A stretch of DNA of 64,000 nucleotides from Bacilli bacterium (GTDB taxonomy: Bacteria > Bacillota_I > Bacilli_A > RF39 > UBA660): the NCBI GenBank assembly GCA_050948865.1, contig JBMNEQ010000002.1, forward strand, positions 131,943-195,942, read 5' to 3'. The translations under genes were made by a program, and so were the position numbers. The number at the start of each line of letters is the position of its first letter. Position 1 is the first letter of the stretch. Under the pieces are notes generated by a model that saw only the letters and a list, made by a program, of their open reading frames with translations, was not told the DNA's origin and did not search any database. Shown piece by piece: positions 9,063 to 18,078 of the stretch.

Positions 9063-9722
9063 ATGCCTAAATATTTTATCTTGTTAGTTATTGTTTTTAT
9101 CTTATTAACTGGTTGCAGTGTTAAAAAGGTTGATCTTGATGAATATGAAGATATTATTGAAACAGTTCTCTATCAAGAAAGAAATCTTTTTAATAGGGTT
9201 TCTAATGGTTATAAATATTATTTACCTCGGGGTGTAGTTTTAGGCTCTACTAATCAATTTAATGAACAATTATATGCTAAAGAAGATCGTTATTATTTAT
9301 ATATTAATATAGTTAGTTATTATTTTAATAAAACTAATGATTATGTATTTAATGATAAAATAGATTATAGTAAAAAATTAGCTTTTAAAGATAAACAAGG
9401 TTATTTAGAAATTAAATCTATAAATGACAAATATTTTATTAAAATGGTATATAATCATGCTGAGATTGAATCTATTGTCTCTAAAGAGAATATAAAACAA
9501 ACCTTAATTAATTTCAGTTATATTTTATCTTCATTAAAATTTAATAAAAATGTTGTTCAATTAGCTTTTAATAAAGATGCTTGGGATTCAACTGAAAAAA
9601 CTTTTAATATTTTTGAATCTAAAAGAACTGAAGGTAATTTTTTAGATTATGTTAAAAGATATGATGTTTATGAAGAAGAGATAGAAGATTTAATTTTATC
9701 AGAATGGGATATTATAGAATAG
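9063..9722 (+). CDS. putative lipoprotein
   Basis: A strong RBS (aggtgg) precedes the ATG at 9063. N-terminus MPKYFILLVIVFILLTGC with a lipobox. An extended -10 (tgttataat) lies upstream. Confidence 0.5.
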   Translation: MPKYFILLVIVFILLTGCSVKKVDLDEYEDIIETVLYQERNLFNRVSNGYKYYLPRGVVLGSTNQFNEQLYAKEDRYYLYINIVSYYFNKTNDYVFNDKIDYSKKLAFKDKQGYLEIKSINDKYFIKMVYNHAEIESIVSKENIKQTLINFSYILSSLKFNKNVVQLAFNKDAWDSTEKTFNIFESKRTEGNFLDYVKRYDVYEEEIEDLILSEWDIIE

Positions 9723-9732
9723 AGGTGTAAAA

Positions 9733-10494
9733 ATGGGGCTTTTTGATCGGATTAAAAACTTATTTTATGAGGAAGAGGAAATAGAAGTTCCGAAGGAATC
9801 TTTAAAGGTAGAAAATAAAGATAGTATTCTTAAGTCAAAAAAGTCTTCTAAAAGAAAAGAAAGTGAAATAAAAGAGGTTCCATCAAAAGAAAATGTTGAT
9901 GATATAGTAAGTGAAAGGGAATTATTTAAATCAGAATCAACATTTAAGTTTCCAATTATTTTTGAAGAAGAAGACTTTTTAACAGAAAAAAAAGAAAGTA
10001 AGAGTATTAATGTTTTGAATAAAGAGAATACTACTAAAGAAGAAAGAAAACCTTCATCGATAAAGAAAAAGGAATTTATGCCCACTCCTATTATTTCACC
10101 TGTTTATGGTGTTTTAGGGAAGAATTATGAAAAAAAGGAATCTGAGGGGTTAGAAGATAATATGTTAGGTTTATATGAAAAGGATGAAGATATAGATATT
10201 GATACCGTAATAGAAAAGGCTTATTCTCGGGAAAAGAAAAATCTTCAAGAGGAAAAGGTAGAAGAGGAAAAATTTGAGGAAACAACGATAGATTTATTTA
10301 CTGATTTAAAAGATGAAGAAGGAAAAGAGGGGGTTGAAAATGAAATAGTATTTAAAGATAAGACAACTGAATTAAATTTAACTGAAGAATTAAAGTTAAA
10401 ATCAATTGACGAATTGTTAGATAGTACTGATGAACAAGATTTTTATAAATTGGTTGATAGTATGTATGAAAAGAAGATAGAAGAAGAGGAGTGA
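9733..10494 (+). CDS. acidic Glu/Lys-rich protein with an N-terminal amphipathic MGLFDRIKNLF segment
   Basis: About 35% E+K. Contains the motif IISPVYGV, shared with ORF 29650..30366. Confidence 0.45.
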   Translation: MGLFDRIKNLFYEEEEIEVPKESLKVENKDSILKSKKSSKRKESEIKEVPSKENVDDIVSERELFKSESTFKFPIIFEEEDFLTEKKESKSINVLNKENTTKEERKPSSIKKKEFMPTPIISPVYGVLGKNYEKKESEGLEDNMLGLYEKDEDIDIDTVIEKAYSREKKNLQEEKVEEEKFEETTIDLFTDLKDEEGKEGVENEIVFKDKTTELNLTEELKLKSIDELLDSTDEQDFYKLVDSMYEKKIEEEE

Positions 10495-10498
10495 TTAA

Positions 10499-10795
10499 AT
10501 GCCCCAGTTATTGGATATATTAATAGTAGTTCTTCATTCATTAGGAATTGTTTTAGTAACAATTTTAATTATAATTAGTTATCGAACTTTAAAAATAGTG
10601 AATCAAATTGAAGCGATGATTCAAGATGTTGATAATAAGATAAAAACATTAAATGGTTTTTTTAGTGCTTTAAATAAATCTTCTAATTTTATGAAATTAT
10701 TAAGTGATAAAATAATTAGTTTTTTAGAAGGAATTATTCAAAAAATATTTAAAAAGAAATATAATAATAATAAGGAGGAAGAAGAAGATGAGTAA
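10499..10795 (+). CDS. DUF948/YtxG-like small membrane protein
   Basis: N-terminal TM followed by a coiled coil (IEAMIQDVDNKIKTLNGFFSALNKSS), next to a ytxH-like gene. Confidence 0.45.
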   Translation: MPQLLDILIVVLHSLGIVLVTILIIISYRTLKIVNQIEAMIQDVDNKIKTLNGFFSALNKSSNFMKLLSDKIISFLEGIIQKIFKKKYNNNKEEEEDE

Positions 10796-11219
10796 TAAAA
10801 AGAAAAGTAGGAAGGGCTTTTTTCTAGGAGCGTTGGTAGGAGCAGCATTAGGTATTTTATTCGCTCCAGCGAAAGGAAGCGATACGAGGAAATCTTTAGG
10901 AAAGAAAATTGATGAATTAATTAAACGAGTAAGTTCTATTGATATTGAAGAAATAAAAGAAGCATTTGATGATAAAATTGAAGCGATTCAAATAGAACTA
11001 GAAAGTTTAGATGGTGAAAAGGTAATGAAGATTGCTAAAGAAAAAGGGGAACAATTAAAAAGAAAAGCTGAAGATTTATTACAATTCGCTAAAGAAAAAG
11101 GAACACCTTTAATTGAAGAAGCTGCAAAAGATGTTTTAGAAAAGGTTGTTGCTGTTTCAACAGAAACAATTAAGAAATTAGAAAAGAAACAAAAGTTAGA
11201 AAAAGAAGAAACAGAATAA
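10788..11219 (+). CDS. YtxH-like protein
   Basis: GFFLGALVGAALGILFAPAKGSDTRKSL, the typical YtxH N-terminus, followed by a charged helical tail. Confidence 0.55.
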   Translation: MSNKKKSRKGFFLGALVGAALGILFAPAKGSDTRKSLGKKIDELIKRVSSIDIEEIKEAFDDKIEAIQIELESLDGEKVMKIAKEKGEQLKRKAEDLLQFAKEKGTPLIEEAAKDVLEKVVAVSTETIKKLEKKQKLEKEETE

Positions 11220-11281
11220 TTCTAACTTTTTCTTTACTAAGATAAATTTATATAATATAATATATTTAATTTATTTAACGA

Positions 11282-11440
11282 AGATCAATGATAGTAGTTA
11301 ATTAATCTAGAAGATTTAATTAATGAATTACACATTGGGAGTTAAATCGCGGGTTGCGTTATGATGAAGAGATAATATTTTATTATAAAATAAGGTGGTA
11401 CCGCGTTATTAGACGTCCTTACGAAAGGATGTTTTTTATT
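11282..11440 (+). promoter_or_regulatory. T-box leader (tyrosine-specific) with terminator, upstream of tyrS
   Basis: Conserved T-box sequence aaggtggtaccgcg at 11392..11405. A UAC codon in the specifier region (aattacaca). Terminator gacgtccttacgaaaggatgtttttt. Confidence 0.75.
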
Positions 11441-11456
11441 TGAAGGAGGAGACAAA

Positions 11457-12692
11457 ATGAATTTGTTTGAAGATTTAGTTTGGCGAGGTTTGGTTGATAA
11501 TATTAGTCATCAAGAATTAATTGATGAACTTAATAAAGGAGAAATAACCTTTTATATAGGGATTGATCCTAGTGCTGATAGTCTTCATATTGGACATTTA
11601 TGTTCTTTATTAACTGCTAAAAGATTACAATTAGCTGGTCATAAAGCGATTGTTATTGCCGGTGGGGGGACAGGCTTAATAGGAGATCCTAAACCTAATG
11701 CTGAACGTCCAATGATTTCTATTGAAGAAATAAAACAAAATATTGATAAGATTAAAATTCAAATGAAAGAAATTATTGATTGTTCAATTGTCAATAATTA
11801 TGATTGGTTAAGTAAATTTGATATCATTACTTTTTTAAGAGATTATGGTAAACATTTTAATATTAATTATATGCTCGCGAAAGAAACAATTAAAAGAAGA
11901 TTAGAGGTAGGGATTACTTATACTGAATTTTCTTATATGTTATTACAATCAGTTGATTATTTAGAATTATATAAAAGATATAATTGTCGTTTACAAATAG
12001 GTGGTCAAGATCAGTGGGGTAATATAACCGCCGGGATGGATTTAATTAATAAACTTTATCAAAAAGCTAATGTTTATGCTTATACTATTCCTTTAATAGT
12101 CAAGGCTGATGGTTCTAAGTTTGGAAAAACAGAAAAGGGAACTGTTTGGTTAGATAAGACTAAAACAACCCCATATGAGTTATATCAATTTTTCTTTAAT
12201 ACTGAGGATGATAAAGTAATAGAATATTTAAAAAAGTTTACTTTTCTTTCTAAAGAAGAAATAGAAGTTTTAGAAGAAAAGGTAAAAGAAAATCCTGAAT
12301 TAAGAGAAGCTCAAAAGAGATTAGCTTTAGAATTAGTTACAATTATTCATGGTCAAGAAGCGAGTAAAGAAGTAATAAAAATCACAGAGGCTTTATTTAA
12401 TGATAATATTACTAGTTTAACTGAAAAAGAAATTAAACAAGCTTTTAAGGATGTTCCTTCTTTTATTATTGAAAAGCCTATTCTTTTAATTGATTTATTA
12501 GTTTTAATGAAAATAGCTAGTAGTAAAAGAGAAGCAAGAGAACTAATTTTTAATAATGCCATAATGATAAATAATCAAAAGGAAATAGATTTATCTAAAG
12601 AAATTACTAAAAAAGATTTATTAAATGAATCTTTTCTAATAATTCGTAAAGGTAAAAAACATTATTTTTTAGTTAAATGGAAAGATATGTGA
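11457..12692 (+). CDS. tyrS: tyrosyl-tRNA synthetase
   Basis: HIGH motif (SLHIGHL), KMSKS-like KFGKT, and a C-terminal S4 domain. Confidence 0.92.
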   Translation: MNLFEDLVWRGLVDNISHQELIDELNKGEITFYIGIDPSADSLHIGHLCSLLTAKRLQLAGHKAIVIAGGGTGLIGDPKPNAERPMISIEEIKQNIDKIKIQMKEIIDCSIVNNYDWLSKFDIITFLRDYGKHFNINYMLAKETIKRRLEVGITYTEFSYMLLQSVDYLELYKRYNCRLQIGGQDQWGNITAGMDLINKLYQKANVYAYTIPLIVKADGSKFGKTEKGTVWLDKTKTTPYELYQFFFNTEDDKVIEYLKKFTFLSKEEIEVLEEKVKENPELREAQKRLALELVTIIHGQEASKEVIKITEALFNDNITSLTEKEIKQAFKDVPSFIIEKPILLIDLLVLMKIASSKREARELIFNNAIMINNQKEIDLSKEITKKDLLNESFLIIRKGKKHYFLVKWKDM

Positions 12693-12716
12693 TAAAATGT
12701 TCTTAGGAGGATTAAG

Positions 12717-13061
12717 ATGAATATATTTGGAAAAGAAAAAGATTTTGTTTTAAGAATAATGAATTTAATTCTTTGTCTTTGGTTAATAGGAGCGATTACA
12801 TATTTTTATGTGAGTGTTGTTAATATATTAATGCCTGAACCAAAAAGAAGTTATGAAGAATATGAAGTGGAGAATTGTTATTATTTTAAATTTGAAGAGA
12901 ACTATAAAGAAGAATGTAAAACTCAATATGAGAATTATTTAACAAGAATTGATGAAGAAAGATATCAAAGGAAAAAGGATTTATTCATTACTTTTGGAAA
13001 TGTTGTTATTGTTTTAGGAACTTTATATTTTTTAAATCATTTTAGAAAGGAACGTTCATAA
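12717..13061 (+). CDS. small two-TM membrane protein with a Cys-containing loop (tandem paralog 1)
   Basis: MNIFGKEKDFVLRIMNLILCLWLIGAITYFY...NC..C..; paralogous to the next ORF. Confidence 0.45.
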   Translation: MNIFGKEKDFVLRIMNLILCLWLIGAITYFYVSVVNILMPEPKRSYEEYEVENCYYFKFEENYKEECKTQYENYLTRIDEERYQRKKDLFITFGNVVIVLGTLYFLNHFRKERS

Positions 13062-13384
13062 TGTTATTATTTAATAAAGAAAAAGATATAGTACACCGTT
13101 TTTTTAATTTAGTTATGGTTGTTTGGTTTATTATTGCTATTGTTGTTTTATATAGTAATTGTGTTGATTTAATAATAAAAAAACCTTTACCATCTTATAA
13201 AAGATTCGAGGCTATTAATTGTCTTAATATTTCTGATAAAGAATCTTGTGAACGTCGTTATGAAAGTGAAAAATTAATGATTAAAAGAAATGAATTTAAT
13301 AATAAAAAAACAATTATTATGTCTTTAGGAAATGTTATTATAGTTTCTACAGCTCTATATTTATTAAATAGAAAGAAAAAGTAA
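13061..13384 (+). CDS. small two-TM membrane protein with a Cys-containing loop (tandem paralog 2)
   Basis: MLLFNKEKDIVHRFFNLVMVVWFIIAIVVLY...NC..C. Its start overlaps the previous stop (ATAATG). Confidence 0.45.
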   Translation: MLLFNKEKDIVHRFFNLVMVVWFIIAIVVLYSNCVDLIIKKPLPSYKRFEAINCLNISDKESCERRYESEKLMIKRNEFNNKKTIIMSLGNVIIVSTALYLLNRKKK

Positions 13385-13402
13385 AATTCATTTAATCAAA
13401 GA

Positions 13403-13430
13403 AAAAAACGCCTTTTAAAGCGTTTTTTTT
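13403..13430. terminator. bidirectional rho-independent terminator between the paralog pair and rpsD
   Basis: aaaaacgc-cttttaaa-gcgttttt, flanked by an A-run and a T-run. Confidence 0.6.
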
Positions 13431-14031
13431 ATCTACTATAAAATTCTACTACTAAAGATTCGTTTAAATCAGCATTTAATTCATTACGTTCAGGATATCT
13501 AATATAATTTCCTGTCATACTATTTAAATCAAAATTAACATAAGCAGGTCTCGTAGTAATTTTTTCTAAGGCTAATAAGATAGCGGGATGATTTTTAGCT
13601 TTTTCTTTTAAAGAAATAACATCCCCTGGAGATACTTGATATGATGGAATATTAACTTTTTCATTATTAACTAAAATATGACCATGATTAACAATTTGTC
13701 TTGCACTTCGTCTTGTAGTTGCTAATCCCATTCGGTAAATAACATTATCTAAGCGACTTTCTAATAGTTTAAGGAAGTCTTCTCCATAAACTCCCCTTAA
13801 TTTTTTAGCCTTTTCAAACGTTCTTTTTAATTGTCGTTCATTAAGGCCATACATAAATCTTATTTTTTGTTTCTCTTTTAACTGAAGACCATAGTTAGAA
13901 AGTTTTCTTTTTCTTTTCATCCCGTGTTGCCCTGGTTCATAAGGCTTTTTTTGTAATTCTTCACCTGTTTCTAAAGTAGAAAAACCAACACGACGACTTT
14001 TTTTATATCTTGGACCAAGATATCTAGACAT
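13429..14031 (-). CDS. rpsD: 30S ribosomal protein S4
   Basis: N-terminus MSRYLGPRYKKSRRVGFS. Confidence 0.95.
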   Translation of the reverse strand: MSRYLGPRYKKSRRVGFSTLETGEELQKKPYEPGQHGMKRKRKLSNYGLQLKEKQKIRFMYGLNERQLKRTFEKAKKLRGVYGEDFLKLLESRLDNVIYRMGLATTRRSARQIVNHGHILVNNEKVNIPSYQVSPGDVISLKEKAKNHPAILLALEKITTRPAYVNFDLNSMTGNYIRYPERNELNADLNESLVVEFYSR

Positions 14032-14044
14032 TTAAATTCCTCCT

Positions 14045-14068
14045 TCAATGTTAATGCGCTAACATTGA
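14045..14068 (-). promoter_or_regulatory. rpsD leader stem-loop abutting the RBS (candidate S4 autoregulatory element)
   Basis: Perfect 8-bp stem caatgtta/taacattg directly 5' of the rpsD SD ggagg on the minus strand. Confidence 0.3.
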
Positions 14069-14287
14069 ACTTCTATCATTTTTTTCTAGGGTGTCTATTT
14101 TTAATACGTTCATCAGGCAGCCACTGACTATTAATAATCCCATTAAGGTAATAAACACATTAGAGTTCAAATGATAAAGCTGCTCAAATAATTAGCATTA
14201 TTATTATATTATCAAATATTAATAATAGTCAAGGAAAAACGCTTTTTTTTGTTAGGGAAATATGATAAAATATATTTAAGAATAGTG

Positions 14288-16018
14288 ATGGTGGTATATG
14301 TGAATGATTTAACTTTAGAAATAACTACTTATTTTTTATTAGCGATTTTCTTTATTACCATTGTTTTAAACATAATAAGTTATTTTCATAATAAAAAAAT
14401 CAAAAAGGAATTAGCGGTATTAGAGTTAAATAAAAATAAAATTATTAGTGTTCCTCTTATGAGTGAATTATCGAAAGTAGAAGCTTTAGTAAAGAATGAA
14501 AAAACTGAAGAAAAGTATCAATTATGGAGAAATCGTTTTGATGAAATTAAAAATATTGAACTTTCTAGAATAAATGATATGTTATTAGAGGCTGATTTTT
14601 TATTAGAACAAAAAAATTATAAGGATCTTTTAAATAAGGTTGCTAAAATTGAAATTAAATTATATGAAGTAAAAACGAAAACTAATTTTTTATTAGAAGA
14701 AATTCAAGAAATAACTTTAAGTGAAGAAAGAAATAGAGAGATTATTACTAAACTTAAAAGTGATTACCGAGAATTATTACAAACTTTTATTAATTCTAAG
14801 GAAGAATTTGGCTTTGTTATGAAATCAGTTGAACTTCAATTTGAAAATATTGAAAAAAGATTTGTTAAGTTTGAAAATGCGATGGATAATAATGATTATG
14901 AAGAAGTAAATCATATTGTTAAAGCATTAGATGATATGATTAATCATATGAAAGTAGTTGTTGAAGAAGTTCCAGCAATTGTTTTAACTACTGAAAGTTT
15001 GATTCCTAAAAAAATTGAAGAAATTAATAAGATTTATGAAAAAATGAGAGAAAATGGATTTCAATTAGATTATTTAAATGTGGAGTATAATTTAGAAGAG
15101 ATTAATAAAAAGATTAATAATATCGTTGACCGAGTTAAAGTCTTAAATTTAGAAGAAGTTTTATTTGAATTAAAAACCTTTTTAGAATACTTTGATACTT
15201 TATTTAATGATTTTGAAAGAGAAAAATTAATTAGAAAGGTATTTGAAGAAAATGTTATTGAATTTAAAGCAAAATTAATTAGATTAGATGGAGTTATGAA
15301 AGAATTATATAAAAAAATTGAAGAAACTAAATATAATTATACGATCTCCAAAGAAGAAATAAAATTATTAGATAATTTAAATGATGAATTAATTGAATTA
15401 AATGATAGTTTTAATTCGTTGTATGATACCACTAGAACAAAAAGTTTTCCTTATTCTAAACTAAATAAAGAGTTAGAAATTTTAAATAATCGAGTTTTAA
15501 CCTTAGAAGAAGAATTAGATGATTTAGTTCAAACTTTAGGGAATATGCAAGATGATGAAAAAAGAGCTAAAGAGCAAGTGAATAATATTAAAGCTTTATT
15601 AAAACGTTCTAAATATAAAATTAGAAGTTATAAATTGCCTCTTCTTCCTAATAATTATTTTGTAGAATTAAAAGAAGCTAGTGCTGCTGTAGAAGAAATA
15701 AACAAAGAATTAGATAGAAAACCAATTGATATTGAAACTTTAAATACAAGAGTGGATACTGCTCGTGATTTAGCCTTTAAATTATATAATACTACTAATG
15801 AGATGATGAAAACAGTTATGTTAGCGGAAATGGCTATTATTTATGGTAATCGTTATCGTAGTAATAAAGAAGTTATAGATGAAGGATTAAAAAGAGCAGA
15901 GTTAGCTTTTACTAAAGGAGAATACAAAAAATCATTAGAAATTACTATTAATACTATAGAAATAATAGAACCAGGAATTTATCGTCGTTTATTGAATTTA
16001 TATGATAAGAAGGTTTAA
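14288..16018 (+). CDS. ezrA: septation ring formation regulator EzrA
   Basis: N-terminal TM (LTLEITTYFLLAIFFITIVLNIISYF) plus about 540 aa of coiled coil. Divergent from rpsD as in Bacillus. Start uncertain: the ORF opens at TTG 14249, with ATG 14288 or GTG 14300 as alternatives. Confidence 0.7.
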   Translation: MVVYVNDLTLEITTYFLLAIFFITIVLNIISYFHNKKIKKELAVLELNKNKIISVPLMSELSKVEALVKNEKTEEKYQLWRNRFDEIKNIELSRINDMLLEADFLLEQKNYKDLLNKVAKIEIKLYEVKTKTNFLLEEIQEITLSEERNREIITKLKSDYRELLQTFINSKEEFGFVMKSVELQFENIEKRFVKFENAMDNNDYEEVNHIVKALDDMINHMKVVVEEVPAIVLTTESLIPKKIEEINKIYEKMRENGFQLDYLNVEYNLEEINKKINNIVDRVKVLNLEEVLFELKTFLEYFDTLFNDFEREKLIRKVFEENVIEFKAKLIRLDGVMKELYKKIEETKYNYTISKEEIKLLDNLNDELIELNDSFNSLYDTTRTKSFPYSKLNKELEILNNRVLTLEEELDDLVQTLGNMQDDEKRAKEQVNNIKALLKRSKYKIRSYKLPLLPNNYFVELKEASAAVEEINKELDRKPIDIETLNTRVDTARDLAFKLYNTTNEMMKTVMLAEMAIIYGNRYRSNKEVIDEGLKRAELAFTKGEYKKSLEITINTIEIIEPGIYRRLLNLYDKKV

Positions 16019-16058
16019 TATTTTAGGTTTTTAAACATATAATTTGTTAGGTGATTAT

Positions 16059-16928
16059 ATGTTTAAAAAAGCCTTTAAAATATTAGGTTTATTAATACTT
16101 TGTTTGTTTAGTTTTTTTTATACTGAAAAAATAGTTCTTCTTGTTAAAAATCAAGATCCTATTATGAAAAAGATTAATGAATATGAAAAAACATATCAAG
16201 TAGAACCTGTTAATGCTTTAATTAAACAAAATAAGGTAATACCTGGTATTAATGGTTGCGGGATAGATATTAATCAAAGTTATATCAATATGAAAAGAAT
16301 TGGTAGTTATAATCCTAATATGATTGAATATAAAGAAATAAAACCTGAGTTATCAATTAGTAATATTTATGATAAATATTTAATTAAAGGAAATAAAAAG
16401 CATTTTGAAGTAGCCCTTATCTTTAAAGTAAAAGAAATTGAACAATTGAAAGATATTTTAGTTGTTTTAGAAACAAAAAAGGTTAGTGGTAACTTTTTTC
16501 TTGATGGAAAATTTATTGAAGAGAATAGCCATCTAGTGATCGAGATAATAAAAAGAGGACATGAAATTTATAATGGAGGTTATGAGGGAAGTTATGATAA
16601 AAAATTATTAACTTGGACTAATACAATGATTGAAAGTGTAGCGGATAATAAATCAAAGTATTGCCTAGTAATAGAGGAAAATCAAAATGTTTTGGATTTA
16701 TGTAGTATTAATAAAATGCATACAATAAAAGCTGAATTATTAATTAATTCCCATTTAACTTTTAATTTATTAAATAAAAATATTGAAAAAGGAAGTATGA
16801 TAGTATTTGAAGATAATAGTAAAATAAAATTAGAATTAGTAACAGTTATTAATTTTTTAAAACAAAAAGGATATAAATTTAGTAAATTAAGTAATCATTT
16901 AAAAGAAGAAGATTGTCTTTTTAGATAA
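16059..16928 (+). CDS. membrane-anchored polysaccharide-deacetylase-like protein (divergent, PdaB-like)
   Basis: Signal anchor plus weak similarity to sporulation deacetylase PdaB (FEVALIFKV...GNFFLDGKFIEENSHLVIEIIKRGHEIYNGGY). The catalytic Asp/His motifs are not obvious. Confidence 0.35.
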   Translation: MFKKAFKILGLLILCLFSFFYTEKIVLLVKNQDPIMKKINEYEKTYQVEPVNALIKQNKVIPGINGCGIDINQSYINMKRIGSYNPNMIEYKEIKPELSISNIYDKYLIKGNKKHFEVALIFKVKEIEQLKDILVVLETKKVSGNFFLDGKFIEENSHLVIEIIKRGHEIYNGGYEGSYDKKLLTWTNTMIESVADNKSKYCLVIEENQNVLDLCSINKMHTIKAELLINSHLTFNLLNKNIEKGSMIVFEDNSKIKLELVTVINFLKQKGYKFSKLSNHLKEEDCLFR

Positions 16929-16975
16929 TCTTTTTTATTGGAAAAAGTTACCAACAAAAATACCTCGTAAAACCT

Positions 16976-17004
16976 TGACAGACAATATCTTAGGTGCTAT
17001 CTTG
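16976..17004 (+). promoter_or_regulatory. sigma-A-type promoter (TTGACA-N17-TATCTT) upstream of the pilin-like gene
   Basis: cTTGACAgacaatatcttaggtgcTATCTT, then RBS ggaggaattaaggtATG. Confidence 0.4.
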
Positions 17005-17023
17005 AAAGTGGAGGAATTAAGGT

Positions 17024-18061
17024 ATGAAAGTTTTATTTAAGAAGCTAAAACAAGGTTTTACATTAATTGAATTACTCGCGGTAATTATAATTTTAGGGGT
17101 AATTATTGCTATAACAGTTCCTACTATTAAAGGAGTAATAAAAAATTCAACCAAAGAAGCATTTTTAGTTGATGCTAAAAATGTAATAAAAGCAGTTGAT
17201 TATTATTTAATAGATGAGGAAGAACCTTCTTTACTAGAAACTTTAAAAGTATCATCATTAGAAGATATGTTAAAGATAAGTGGTTCTAATTATCTTAGTA
17301 TAGATATCTCATTTGATCGATATTTAAATCCTTTTATAAAGTTGGTAGGTAAAGATAAATGGGAAGGTTTAACTGCTTGTGGAACTTCTAATGATTTAGA
17401 AGTAGGATCTGATATAGATTGTGAAGTTCTTCCTTTTCCAGCAATACTTCCTGATGGACAGTTATGTGGTAGTGTATTTTATGATTTTAGGGATGGTAAT
17501 AAATATAAGACAGTTCAAATAGGAAAACAGTGTTGGTTTGGGGAAAATTTAAGGTATACGGGAAGTGGTTGTTTAAATAATAAATGGGATTCTGAAAAAT
17601 ATAATGCTTGCCGAATTCATACTAAAAAGGACTGTCAGGGTACAAATTCTAATTATTATTGTAGTTGGTCTGGTAGTGAAGTTTTATATCAATGGGGAGT
17701 AGTGGAAAAAGATAATAATGAACAGGATTTATGTCCTGCTGGTTGGCATGTTTCTTCTAAAAAGGAATGGGAGGATTTAATTACCTTTTTAGGAGATAAT
17801 GCTGGGGATAAAATTAAATCAAAACTTAAATGGAATGGTTCTAATGAGGCTTTATTTAATGCTTTTCCTATTGGAGATCGGATAGAAGGTTCCCTTTTTA
17901 ATGTTGGAACTTTTGCTTATTGGTGGACTTCAACAACATTTCTTGATTCAAATGTTTGGTATTATTATATTTATACGGATAATAGTAATATTAATTTTAT
18001 AGCGGATGATGTATTAGATTTTGGTTACTCAGTCCGTTGTGTTTTAAATAGTGAAATTTAA
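17024..18061 (+). CDS. type IV prepilin-like N-terminus fused to a Fibrobacter-succinogenes-major-paralogous (FISUMP) domain
   Basis: Class III signal KQGFTLIELLAVIIILGVIIAI (G|FTLIELL with Glu5). The C-terminus carries QCWFGENL...YQWG...CPAGWHVSSKKEWEDL...AYWWTST...YSVRCV, which matches the Fib_succ_major domain. Confidence 0.6.
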   Translation: MKVLFKKLKQGFTLIELLAVIIILGVIIAITVPTIKGVIKNSTKEAFLVDAKNVIKAVDYYLIDEEEPSLLETLKVSSLEDMLKISGSNYLSIDISFDRYLNPFIKLVGKDKWEGLTACGTSNDLEVGSDIDCEVLPFPAILPDGQLCGSVFYDFRDGNKYKTVQIGKQCWFGENLRYTGSGCLNNKWDSEKYNACRIHTKKDCQGTNSNYYCSWSGSEVLYQWGVVEKDNNEQDLCPAGWHVSSKKEWEDLITFLGDNAGDKIKSKLKWNGSNEALFNAFPIGDRIEGSLFNVGTFAYWWTSTTFLDSNVWYYYIYTDNSNINFIADDVLDFGYSVRCVLNSEI

Positions 18062-18078
18062 GAAGGAGGAATTAAGGT

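Noticed and set aside
9765-10285. Two minus-strand ORFs (106 and 64 aa)
   Set aside because: They are antisense to the Glu/Lys-rich gene and are low-complexity artefacts.
9733-10494. Possible SepF, because the N-terminus resembles the SepF N-terminus (KLKNFF.EDEE)
   Set aside because: There is no SepF C-terminal FtsZ-binding domain. The body is low-complexity acidic sequence.
12353-12562. 69-aa minus ORF
   Set aside because: It is inside tyrS on the opposite strand.
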